Origin: Candidatus Latescibacterota bacterium
Lineage (GTDB): Bacteria > Latescibacterota > UBA2968 > UBA8231
Length of the DNA: 64,000 nucleotides
Direction of reading: 5' to 3'
NCBI GenBank assembly: GCA_963422735.1
Contig: OY730476.1
Coordinates: 416,001 to 480,000, forward strand
Every line of letters starts with the position of its first letter. Position 1 is the stretch's first letter. Under the pieces are notes generated by a model, which had not been told where the DNA came from, did not search any database, and saw only the letters and a program-made list of their open reading frames with translations. Both the position numbers and the translations under genes were made by a program. Shown here piece after piece: positions 1 through 8,410 of this stretch.

Positions 1-851
1 TTGAGCCAGGCCGAGATGCTATTGGGCAGCACAATCGCCAGCAACGCCCACGTAAACAGCGCGTAAATCAAGCTGGTCGCCGAACGGTGCGTGGCGCATG
101 AGATCGCCAGCCCAATCAGGTAGAATACCAGCAGATATAGCAGCGACAGTGCCAACAGCAGCCCCACCCGCGCCCACTCGCCGATCCCGATCTCGATATG
201 CTCGGTACCCAATAGCAAGATCGTCAGCAGGATAAAGCCCAAGGCCGTTGGAATGGCCAGCGTGGTCAGGCCGGCGAGGATCTTGCCGGCGAGGACTTGG
301 GCACGGCTGACGTTGGTCGTCAGTATCAGCCGCAGCGTGCCATCCTCCTTCTCGCCGGAGATGGTTTCACTGGCGATGAGGATGGCCAGCAAACCGAGCA
401 CGAGTTGGAAGATGAACACCATGTCGAAGAAGCTAAAGAGGGCGAGGTAGGGATTGCTCGACTGGAAGGGCGAGACCTCCTCGGCTTGGTAGGGCACCTC
501 AAAGAGTACCACCCTGACGGCTTGCCCCGACTGTCGTTCATCGCCTTGGGCGAATACCTCTAAGGGGCGTGGAGCCCGTAGAGCACGCGCCGCCACCTTT
601 ACCTTTGGATCGAAACCACCGTCAGGCATGACCGAACGGTCGCTGCCTAGGACCGCATAATAGGTGATCTCGTGGAGCTTGCTCTCCTCAATGGTTCGTT
701 GTGTGAGATAGCGGTTCTTTTTATAGACATAGCGCTGGCTGGAGAGTACGCCATTGGCAATGATCAGCACGACGGCGAGTATGGTGCAAGCGGCGAAGCG
801 CTGGCTGAGCAGATGGCTGAGCATCTCTTTTTTGAATACAATGCCTATCAT
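1..851 (-). CDS. ABC-2 type transporter permease (partial, runs off left edge)
   Basis: Not in ORF track. Manual translation from ATG at 851 (AGGAG RBS): MIGIVFKKEMLSHLLSQRF...FSFFDMVFIFQLVLGLLAILIASETISGEKEDGTLRLILTTNVSRAQVLAGKILAG. The 'ISGEKEDGTLRL..SR..V..GK' segment is typical of ABC2 membrane proteins; several TM stretches. Confidence 0.85.
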   Translation of the reverse strand, partial: MIGIVFKKEMLSHLLSQRFAACTILAVVLIIANGVLSSQRYVYKKNRYLTQRTIEESKLHEITYYAVLGSDRSVMPDGGFDPKVKVAARALRAPRPLEVFAQGDERQSGQAVRVVLFEVPYQAEEVSPFQSSNPYLALFSFFDMVFIFQLVLGLLAILIASETISGEKEDGTLRLILTTNVSRAQVLAGKILAGLTTLAIPTALGFILLTILLLGTEHIEIGIGEWARVGLLLALSLLYLLVFYLIGLAISCATHRSATSLIYALFTWALLAIVLPNSISAWL

Positions 852-907
852 GGCGCGGCTCCTACGGGTAAGAATCTGTTGAGTTAAGGAAGTTCTGATC
901 AAATTGG

Positions 908-1912
908 TCAAGCGGCCATCGCCTTAAGGACCGCTTGGCTCTGCATTTCCATACCGAGTTGCTTAAACAGGCGCAACGCCGCCACCCACTCTGCCAACGC
1001 CCGCTGCTTGTCGCCATCCTGTTGCGCGTACAGATTGCCCAAGGACACGTAGTTGAAAGCCTGCCTCCTCGCGTTACCCAACTGTCGGCACAGGTCCATA
1101 CAAGCCTCTATATGCCGTTGCGCCCTCGCTAGGTCGCCGGCTGTCATGTAGAGGTCTGCTAGCAGCGTCGCCATGCTGTAGTGACCGCGGGCATGCCCCT
1201 GCGCCACGTAGATGCTCAAGGCTTGGTTGCCACTGCTCAAGGCGCGTTCTGTATGGCCTAAGTCGCGGCTGACCGAAGCGATGGAGCCGAGTTGTAAGGC
1301 CACTTCGAGCGGCGTCCCTTGCTGCCGGGCTGCCGCGAGGCCCGCCGTGAAATGTTGTAGGGCCTGCTCGGGGTCGCCGCGGCGCAGGGCCAGTTGTCCC
1401 AAGCTGTTGAGCAGGTTGCTCGGCACGTCGTTGTCATAGAGGGCGTGGCTGCGATGGAGCCACTGTTGAGCTTTTTCCAAGTCGTTCTGCTGCATGTAGA
1501 GGTTGCCCATATTGTTGGCCATCTTGGCTGCGAGGGCGGCGTCCCCTCCTTCTTGGGCGTGCTGGATGGCCTTATGGTAGTACGCGGTGGCTTCGGCGAA
1601 GTGGGCTTGGCTTTGTTTGATAAAGCCCACATTGCCTTCGACCTCGGCTACATCGCACCGGGAGCGGCTAGGCGAGCAGGCGGCCAATGCCTCTTGGAAG
1701 TACTGGAGCGATTCGTCGAGGTCGCCGGCGATCTCGTAGTGGTGGCCGAGCTGGGTGCAAGTCGCAAAAAGCCCCTTTTGGCATTCCTCGGCGCGAAAGA
1801 GCCGACGCGCTGTTTGGTAGTGGGTGGCCGCTTGCTCGTGCTGCCCCTTCTTGCGGCAGGTATGGCCCGCTTTGAGATGTGTCCACGCCTCGGTTGTTTT
1901 GGGCGAATTCAT
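908..1912 (-). CDS. Tetratricopeptide repeat protein (TPR only, 334 aa)
   Basis: About 8 helical ~40-aa repeats (LGHHYEIAGDLDESLQYFQEAL, NMGNLYMQQNDLEKAQQWL, NSLGQLALRRGDPEQALQHF); AGGAGG RBS. Confidence 0.85.
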   Translation of the reverse strand: MNSPKTTEAWTHLKAGHTCRKKGQHEQAATHYQTARRLFRAEECQKGLFATCTQLGHHYEIAGDLDESLQYFQEALAACSPSRSRCDVAEVEGNVGFIKQSQAHFAEATAYYHKAIQHAQEGGDAALAAKMANNMGNLYMQQNDLEKAQQWLHRSHALYDNDVPSNLLNSLGQLALRRGDPEQALQHFTAGLAAARQQGTPLEVALQLGSIASVSRDLGHTERALSSGNQALSIYVAQGHARGHYSMATLLADLYMTAGDLARAQRHIEACMDLCRQLGNARRQAFNYVSLGNLYAQQDGDKQRALAEWVAALRLFKQLGMEMQSQAVLKAMAA

Positions 1913-2072
1913 GGTAGCCTCCTGTTATCGCGTCAGGGCCAACACGGGTATGAGCACCTGCTCCGCGCCGATTTGGACCTCTACCCCGCAGTTTAGAGTA
2001 CGGCGATTAGGGCTTTTAGCGTTAGCTTGTTCATGCTCTTGCTCCTTCGTTTGTTGTGTGGAAAGGGCTAGA

Positions 2073-2939
2073 TTACATGGTAGCTAATAAAAAAGACTGC
2101 CGTACACCACGGCTGAAAAATGCCTCTACCGGACGCCATATATTGCGCCCTGAATCCCAAGCTAAGCGAAAAAAGGAAGGAGTACGCCCCGGTATCTCGA
2201 ATGTCGTAAATTCCGCTGGTTCTTCGACGATGAAGAGGACATCTACAAAGAGTATCTTTTCACCTGCCTTTAGGCGTTCTTCTACTTCTGGACGTAGTAA
2301 AAGCTCTAGTGAAGTTATGCCCCGCGGAAGCATGTCTTGGGTCTTGGCATAGTCTTCATAGCTATCGTATCCTTCCTGCATCTCAAACACTTTGAACACG
2401 CTGTCGAAAAAGGATACGTTGCCAAACAGATAGTCGCGTTCCAACTCCTCAAGGACGGCGAACCTGTAAGCAGCTTTGAAAACGTCTAACGGCCTATCGC
2501 CTTCCAGCAAATCAGGCCTTTCGCTCTCGAGATCCACTTTGATGGTCTCTACGATGTCGGGATGGATATTTCCTCCGCGCAGGTAGAAGGCAGCGGCGAT
2601 GCTGTCGTTGCCTGAGATCGAATGAGCAACCAAGAAGTCGTAGAACCAAGAGCGCAGGCTGGCTTCTTGCTCTAGGTCAATGGGAGCACCTAGATCGACG
2701 GGAATCGCCTCTATGGCCTGCTGCAATTCGGCTCCGGCCTCAACCTTTATCATCTCCTGATTGTGTATATAGTCGTAGAAGACCTGGAGGCTGTCGGGGT
2801 GGTATGAAAATCCATTGTATTGGCTTTTAGGAGCGGCAGTGGCTGCGCTGGAGATGTCTTCCTGGGCTATGCCCGCAGATTGGGCAAACCAAGTGGCGAC
2901 TAAGGCGAAATACAAGGTGCGAATAGCTGAAAGTTTCAT
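2073..2939 (-). CDS. Secreted hypothetical protein (288 aa, signal peptide, Cys-free)
   Basis: Start reassigned to ATG 2939 after AAGGAG RBS; MKLSAIRTLYFALVATWFAQSAGIA reads as a Sec signal peptide; no family recognised. Confidence 0.75.
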   Translation of the reverse strand: MKLSAIRTLYFALVATWFAQSAGIAQEDISSAATAAPKSQYNGFSYHPDSLQVFYDYIHNQEMIKVEAGAELQQAIEAIPVDLGAPIDLEQEASLRSWFYDFLVAHSISGNDSIAAAFYLRGGNIHPDIVETIKVDLESERPDLLEGDRPLDVFKAAYRFAVLEELERDYLFGNVSFFDSVFKVFEMQEGYDSYEDYAKTQDMLPRGITSLELLLRPEVEERLKAGEKILFVDVLFIVEEPAEFTTFEIPGRTPSFFRLAWDSGRNIWRPVEAFFSRGVRQSFLLATM

Positions 2940-2971
2940 TTTGTTTTCTCCTTTTAATATGTAGTTATCTT

Positions 2972-3003
2972 GGCGGCAAGTAGTCGGTTGACCACTTGCC
3001 GCC
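2972..3003 (-). terminator. Stem-loop between peptide gene and next gene (mRNA-stabilising or partial terminator)
   Basis: GGCGGCAAGT(AGTC)...(GACC)ACTTGCCGCC inverted repeat; no poly-U tail. Confidence 0.6.
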
Positions 3004-3043
3004 TGTATAGATTGCTTCAACGTTTGGTGTGAGTTCTTGCCGT

Positions 3044-3268
3044 TTACCCGGCAGGGTGGTCCTCGGCTTCGCATACCGCCCTATTGTCAGCGTCGCAGTA
3101 GCATCTGGTTTTGTCGCCAAACACGGGACCACAGCAATCTTTGATGCGGAAAGGCCACTTTCCTCTTGTGCAACATTTGCTACAGGTGGCGGCTAGCACC
3201 TCTTGGGGCACAAGGCTGGCCACTAGGCCCATGAGGGCAATCATCGTTAAGATGATGCGCTTTTTCAT
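3044..3268 (-). CDS. Secreted cysteine-rich small peptide (26-aa signal + 48-aa core, 8 Cys)
   Basis: MKKRIILTMIALMGLVASLVPQEVLA/ATCSKCCTRGKWPFRIKDCCGPVFGDKTRCYCDADNRAVCEAEDHPAG; AAGGA RBS; lies downstream of a sigma54 promoter. Confidence 0.8.
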   Translation of the reverse strand: MKKRIILTMIALMGLVASLVPQEVLAATCSKCCTRGKWPFRIKDCCGPVFGDKTRCYCDADNRAVCEAEDHPAG

Positions 3269-3415
3269 AATGCAATCCTTTACGAAGGATGGGTTGTGTC
3301 CGCTCAGAGGCGATCTCAGAGTGGAGGTGCTGGCTTATACCAGATCGAGACCTGTTTCGACCTGTACGACAAGTATTACCTCCCTTCTATCTTCTTTGGT
3401 CTCTGAGCAGATATA

Positions 3416-3431
3416 AGCAATACTCGTGCCA
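3416..3431 (-). promoter_or_regulatory. sigma54 (-24/-12) promoter P1
   Basis: Minus strand TGGCAC-GAGTA-TTGCT, an exact match to TGGCAC-N5-TTGCW. Confidence 0.85.
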
Positions 3432-3493
3432 GTTATTGGCTAGCGGCAACAATCGCGCCAATTGAGTCGATTTTACAATTCATAAATATATTA

Positions 3494-3507
3494 TAAACAA
3501 TATGTTA
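3494..3507. promoter_or_regulatory. IHF-like site between P1 and its enhancer
   Basis: TAAACAATATGTTA in an AT-rich tract; one mismatch to WATCAANNNNTTR; near-identical copy at 4467-4480. Confidence 0.55.
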
Positions 3508-3575
3508 TAAGAAATGAGATAAATTTTCTCTTCCTTTTTTTAAGCCCTTTGCTACGCCTCTTAACGATCTAAAAA

Positions 3576-3613
3576 TGCGACAATATATCGCATAAGTGCG
3601 TCAAAACATCGCA
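3576..3613. promoter_or_regulatory. Tandem enhancer (UAS) sites for a sigma54 activator
   Basis: TGCG-ACAATATAT-CGCA (3576-3592) and TGCG-TCAAAACAT-CGCA (3597-3613), 21 bp apart. Confidence 0.65.
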
Positions 3614-3944
3614 CGGGTAGTTGGTGAGGAATAGGTGGTGGATTCTTGCGAGAGATGCAGCCAGGGGCGAGGAGTCGCAGACAAGAATTTCTGCGCTGCG
3701 TTTTGGCGTTGGAGGATGATGCGGGTTGACGGGTAGGAAAATGGGCAGCCCGCTATGCTTAGGATCAGGGACAGGTCGCTCAGAAACGGACTCGTCAAGT
3801 TGTCCATTGCTGAGTGCAGCGACTAAGCAGTTGTAGAGCCAGTCGCGCGGCCCCTCCTCTTGCTTGAGGTCAATAACAGTACCCGAATCAATGGGGTACT
3901 ACCTCTACGACTTGATGCAATCGGGTACCGGACTCTGCCTTTGA

Positions 3945-4366
3945 TTAGCCGGCTGCCGTTACGTAGGCTCTGCTTGTCGAGCACGGCGCAGTGAGGCGGT
4001 GCCAAGCCACGATAAATTGCTCAGAAAACGTCATGCTGCTGATTCTGGCGGGAGCGTCGAGGACGCGCTCGCTGACCAAGGCTTGGGGGTCAGCCTCTAA
4101 GCGGCGTATTGCCGCGCTTAGAGCTTCCACCGTAGGAGCAAAACGGTGGTGGGGCGGGATAGCCGGATAAGCAGGGAGGGCTGTAGCTGGCGCAATGTAC
4201 GCGCTACAACGAGGGGGCGGATTGTGTGTGCCAAACTATAGCCGTGAAAGAACACCAAAAGACGATGCCCGTCGCGCTGGAGGGCTGTCTCTATCTCCAT
4301 TTTTTTTAGACGGGCGTTCCAAGCGGCGAACCAATTCCAAAACTTCTTGTTGAGTCGGTCCAACAT
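3945..4366 (-). pseudogene. GT-B glycosyltransferase remnant (internally deleted)
   Basis: N-terminal LLVFFHGYSLAHTIRPLVVARTLRQ resembles GT1/GT28 N-termini. A second frame gives EALSAAIRRLEADP, resembling a GT-B C-terminal helix; total length is far too short. Confidence 0.55.
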
Positions 4367-4409
4367 AGCGACCTGCTTTCGCAAGGGGTGGCTTTTGTGG
4401 AGATAGTTA

Positions 4410-4425
4410 GGCAATCGGCGTACCA
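4410..4425 (-). promoter_or_regulatory. sigma54 (-24/-12) promoter P2
   Basis: Minus strand TGGTAC-GCCGA-TTGCC, ~45 bp upstream of ATG 4366. Confidence 0.75.
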
Positions 4426-4466
4426 ATAGAGCAGAAACTTCCTATTAATGCTCTTTAAGTAGCATT

Positions 4467-4575
4467 TAAACAATATCTTAGGAAAATATTCAGCAAATGC
4501 CCAGCCGCGTATTCGCCCTTTTTTATAGCCGATAAGTGCGCTAAAAACATCGCATGGCTGCGATATACCATCGCA
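4467..4575. promoter_or_regulatory. IHF-like site plus tandem UAS for P2
   Basis: TAAACAATATCTTA (4467-4480); TGCG-N10-CGCA (4537-4554) and TGCG-ATATACCAT-CGCA (4559-4575). Confidence 0.6.
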
Positions 4576-4833
4576 CTTTGGCGTTGCGTCGTAGGTCCTG
4601 CTCACTATAAGGGTGCCGTCGCCTGCTGGGCAGTGTCTGACGACGTTGGGTGATGCGGAAGGAGGGGAGGCTTCTAAGAAGCGGTCTTAAGACTTGCATC
4701 AGTTGCTGACGGGGAAATGGAGAATCAATCCGTCATTCCCGCGAAAGCAGGCTTCACTGCGCCTTTAGGCGTGACGTTCCTGTCTTGAATGACCTAAAAT
4801 TGCTGGTCGGAAGGCCGGTTTGCAAGGTACAAT

Positions 4834-6240
4834 TCAGGGTCGGCTGCCGTATTGGCTCACATCTATGTCGAACTGCTTGATCTTGCGCTGTAAATTGCGC
4901 CGCCCCAACTGGATCTGCTGAGCGGCGTGGCTGATGTTGCCGCCCGTTTTCTCTAGAGCGTCTCGGATAAACTGCTCCTCAAAGTGCTGGCGCGCCTCGT
5001 GGAAGAGCGAGTCGGGCCGACCTACTGCTTCCTCTTCTGCTGCTGCTGGCTCATCCTGAAGGGGAGCGTCCTCTACGATCGTCGTCGGCAGGTCCTCGAC
5101 CTCGATTTCCCGTCCCTTGGAGAGGGCTATGGCACGCATGATCGCGTTCTCCATTTCGCGCACATTGCCCGGCCAGTCGTAGGCTTCGAGATACTCTAGG
5201 GCCTCCTTGCTGACCCCTTGTATCTGTTTGTTGAAGCGGTCGTTTAGGTGGTCGATAAAGAAGTGACAGAACAAGGGAATGTCGGTCTTGCGCTGGCGCA
5301 GCGGCGGCACTTCGATGGTGACCGCGTTGAGGCGGTAGAACAAATCCTCGCGGAACTGGCCCGCGGCCACGGCCTGCGTCAAATTGCGGTTGGTCGCGGA
5401 CAGGACGCGCACATCCGCCTTGCGGGTTTTGGTCGATCCCACCACCTCGAACTCCCCTTCCTGCAACACGCGCAACAGCCGGGTTTGTAGCCCCACCTCC
5501 ATGTCGCCGATTTCGTCGAGGAACAGGGTGCCGCCATCGGCCTCCATAAAACGCCCTTTGCGGTCGCGCACTGCGCCAGTGAAAGCGCCTTTTACGTGCC
5601 CGAACAATTCGCTCTCTAGTACGCCTGGGTTCAAGGCCGCGCAATTGCAGCGCACAAAGGGGCCAGTGGCGCGGTCGCTGGAGCGGTGGATGGCCGCGGC
5701 TACGAGCTCCTTGCCGGTGCCGCTCTCGCCGCAGATTAGCACCGGCAGGGGGGTGGCGGCCACGTCTTGGACCAGCCGGTAGATTTGCCGCATCTGCTCG
5801 GTCTCGCCGACCATGCCCAACCCCTCGCCCTGTGCTTGGCGCAAGCGCTCGTTTTCGGCGCGGAGCTTTTGCAACTCGCGGATATTGTTGATGTGGCTGA
5901 GGATTTCTTCGGCATTAAAGGGCTTTGCCAGATACCCATAGGCGCCCAGCTTGACGGTCTCTACCGCGCTTTGGAGATCCGCATACGCCGTTAAGATGAG
6001 CACTTCCTCGGGCCGCTCGCGCACGTTGAGGTGCTGCAGAAGTTCGAGGCCGCTCATCTCGGGCATGTGCAAGTCGAGCAGGATGATGTCAAAGGATTCT
6101 TCTCGCAGGAGCGCGAGGGCCTCGCGCGCGTCCGAGCGGGTTTCCACCGCGAAGCCCTCGCGCCGCAAGATGCTGCTCGACAGCTTCAGCAGATCCTGCT
6201 CGTCGTCGATCATGAGTATTTTGCCGTCGTATCGAGCCAT
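4834..6240 (-). CDS. sigma54-dependent response regulator (NtrC/AtoC/ZraR family)
   Basis: Receiver (IDDE, LLDLHMP), Walker A GESGTGKE, GAFTGA, Walker B FLDEIGD, WPGNVRE, C-terminal Fis HTH. Confidence 0.95.
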   Translation of the reverse strand: MARYDGKILMIDDEQDLLKLSSSILRREGFAVETRSDAREALALLREESFDIILLDLHMPEMSGLELLQHLNVRERPEEVLILTAYADLQSAVETVKLGAYGYLAKPFNAEEILSHINNIRELQKLRAENERLRQAQGEGLGMVGETEQMRQIYRLVQDVAATPLPVLICGESGTGKELVAAAIHRSSDRATGPFVRCNCAALNPGVLESELFGHVKGAFTGAVRDRKGRFMEADGGTLFLDEIGDMEVGLQTRLLRVLQEGEFEVVGSTKTRKADVRVLSATNRNLTQAVAAGQFREDLFYRLNAVTIEVPPLRQRKTDIPLFCHFFIDHLNDRFNKQIQGVSKEALEYLEAYDWPGNVREMENAIMRAIALSKGREIEVEDLPTTIVEDAPLQDEPAAAEEEAVGRPDSLFHEARQHFEEQFIRDALEKTGGNISHAAQQIQLGRRNLQRKIKQFDIDVSQYGSRP

Positions 6241-6242
6241 AT

Positions 6243-8363
6243 CTATGCCTTTTCCTTTTTATTATAAGGCAGCAAGAGCGCGAAGCAAGTGCCTTTGCCA
6301 ACGCGGCTTGTAACCTCTATGTGCCCGCCGATTTCTCGAAGCTGGTGCTGGGCAATGGCCAGCCCCAAGCCCGTGCCTTCTCCCGGAGCTTTGGTGGAAA
6401 AGAACGGCTCAAAGATGCGGGGGATTTGTTCTGGGTCAATCCCGGTGCCGGTGTCGCAGATTTTTATGGCGACGCCCCCCGGCTCGGGGCGGGTGCTCGC
6501 CTGCAAGCGGCCGCCTTGGGGCATGGCTTGGAAGGCGTTGCGGATGATGTTGAGGTAGATATCCTTGAGCATGTCGCGGTTTATGAGCGCGGGTGGCACC
6601 GGCTCAAACTGCCGCTCAATCGAGATGCCGAGGTGCTCGGCGTGTTGGGTCTCCAAGTCGAGCAACTGCCCCAGCACCTCGGCCGCGTCTATCTGCTCGA
6701 CTAGATGCTGGGCTGGTCGCGCGAAGTCGAGCAGGCTGCCGACGCGCTCGTCTATGCGGCGGATGGCCTCGCACATTATATGCAAGGTCTCGTCGCGCTC
6801 CTTTTCTTCTGTGGGATCCAACCGAGGTAGTAGGTCGCAGGTGTTCTGTATAATGGCGAGGGGATTTTTGATCTCGTGCGCTACGCCAGCGGCTACCTCC
6901 CCGAGCGCCGATAGCTTTTCGGCCTGCATGTAGTGCAGTTCGAGCAGGTGCTGCTGCGTCTGATCTTCAACGACGAGCAAGACCTTGCCGCGATGACCAT
7001 AGCTCAACTCGGCCTTGTGCAGGTTCCAGTGGTGCATAGTGCCCTCGGCATCCTCGATTGCGAGGGCATCAACTACTTGCAGGCTCGGGTGGGCCTTTAG
7101 CCAAGCGCGTATTTGGGCTCCGGCGTGGGTCGCGCTCAATGCGGCGTCCCGTTCCGGCAGCAGCAAGCTGGACCATACTTTGTTGCTCTGCACGATGCGG
7201 TACTCGGCGTCGAGCACGGCAATGGCGAGGGGGTTGTCCTCGATCAGATGGTGCTGCAAATCCAAGGTGCTCTCCAAGTCCCGCTGATGCGCGGTTAGCC
7301 CTTGGTCCATCTCGACAAAAGCGTTGGCTAGTTCGCCGATCTCATCTCGGCGCGTCACGGGCGTTCCTGTGAGAGGATAGCCGTTCCGGCGGCGACGCAC
7401 GGCGTGCGTAAGCAAGACGAGGGGCGCGACGACCGAGCTGCGCGTCAGCCCGCCCAAAATCAGCGCCCCTAGTGCAGAAAGCGCGATGATCGCATAGAAG
7501 GAGTACAGCACGACCGTGTACGGATCATACGCCTCGTCTGCGCGCTGTTCGATGGCGACGATCCAGCCCCAATCGCTCACCGGAGCAAAGCCCGTGACCC
7601 ACTCGGTGTCTCCCACATCGCGCCACAGGAGAATTCCCGCCGGTCCGCGCATGGCCTCTATATGTGGGTGGTGTCGCCACGTGTAGAAGGACTGGCGCGT
7701 AGGCCGGGCCAGATAGTGCCCATCCTCGGCGTGGATCAAGGTCGCGTAGCCGGTCCTGCCGATGCGGACGAGATTTATCTTTTGCCAGACTTGGTGAAAG
7801 TCAAGGCGAGCTATTAGGGCTTGGGGCGGTTGGTCGTCCCGTTCCACCGGTAGCGCGACAAAGAGCTTGGGCGTCTCCTTGAATTCTTCGATTAGGGCAA
7901 CGTATAGGCTGCCTGCTGCTACCTTAGCCCAGGCCGCATCCCAGTCGTAAGAAACAGGCAGCGCAACCGACGCGCTCGCGGCCCGTATTTGGTTTTGGGC
8001 GTCCACTAGGTAGAGTCCCTCCACTTCGCTAGATCCGAGCGCGACCTTTTTGAGCAAAGCGCGCCAATCCTGCGGCTCGGTTTCCACAGATCGTGCGAGG
8101 CTTTCCAAATTGAAGGCGACCGGGGAAAAGATGCGGGCGATTTCCTCGGCCGTGCGGTGCGCCATTTCGCGGCGGCTTTCTAGCACGGCCTCTTCTATGG
8201 CTTCGCGGGCCGCGTTCAACACGATGAGATCGACCAGCAACACGGGCACTAGCCCCAAGGCGAGGTAATAGCCCACCAGGCGCAGCCACAGCCGTTGCTT
8301 GGTACTGCGCCAGCTTTTAAGCCTCGCGGCCCAGGTCTTCAGGCTTGGGATCAGCCATCGCAT
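6243..8363 (-). CDS. Membrane sensor histidine kinase (dCache-HAMP-PAS-HisKA-HATPase)
   Basis: Two TM helices flanking a Cache-like region, RRDEIGELANAF (HAMP), AHEIKNPL (H-box), EPFFSTK..GTGLGL; start reassigned to ATG 8363. Confidence 0.92.
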   Translation of the reverse strand: MRWLIPSLKTWAARLKSWRSTKQRLWLRLVGYYLALGLVPVLLVDLIVLNAAREAIEEAVLESRREMAHRTAEEIARIFSPVAFNLESLARSVETEPQDWRALLKKVALGSSEVEGLYLVDAQNQIRAASASVALPVSYDWDAAWAKVAAGSLYVALIEEFKETPKLFVALPVERDDQPPQALIARLDFHQVWQKINLVRIGRTGYATLIHAEDGHYLARPTRQSFYTWRHHPHIEAMRGPAGILLWRDVGDTEWVTGFAPVSDWGWIVAIEQRADEAYDPYTVVLYSFYAIIALSALGALILGGLTRSSVVAPLVLLTHAVRRRRNGYPLTGTPVTRRDEIGELANAFVEMDQGLTAHQRDLESTLDLQHHLIEDNPLAIAVLDAEYRIVQSNKVWSSLLLPERDAALSATHAGAQIRAWLKAHPSLQVVDALAIEDAEGTMHHWNLHKAELSYGHRGKVLLVVEDQTQQHLLELHYMQAEKLSALGEVAAGVAHEIKNPLAIIQNTCDLLPRLDPTEEKERDETLHIMCEAIRRIDERVGSLLDFARPAQHLVEQIDAAEVLGQLLDLETQHAEHLGISIERQFEPVPPALINRDMLKDIYLNIIRNAFQAMPQGGRLQASTRPEPGGVAIKICDTGTGIDPEQIPRIFEPFFSTKAPGEGTGLGLAIAQHQLREIGGHIEVTSRVGKGTCFALLLPYNKKEKA

Positions 8364-8410
8364 GTTGAAAAAGCCGCTTTCTCCATTCCTCACCCCGGCG
8401 TTGCAGTGCT

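Noticed and set aside
3044-4366. Classical glycocin or lanthipeptide cluster
   Set aside because: The peptide has a Sec signal rather than a double-glycine leader, and no C39 peptidase transporter, GT2 or modifying enzyme is visible within the window.
4731-4751. CGTCATTCCCGCGAAAGCAGG, a REP-like half element
   Set aside because: Single degenerate copy with an incomplete stem; no array or associated transposase seen.
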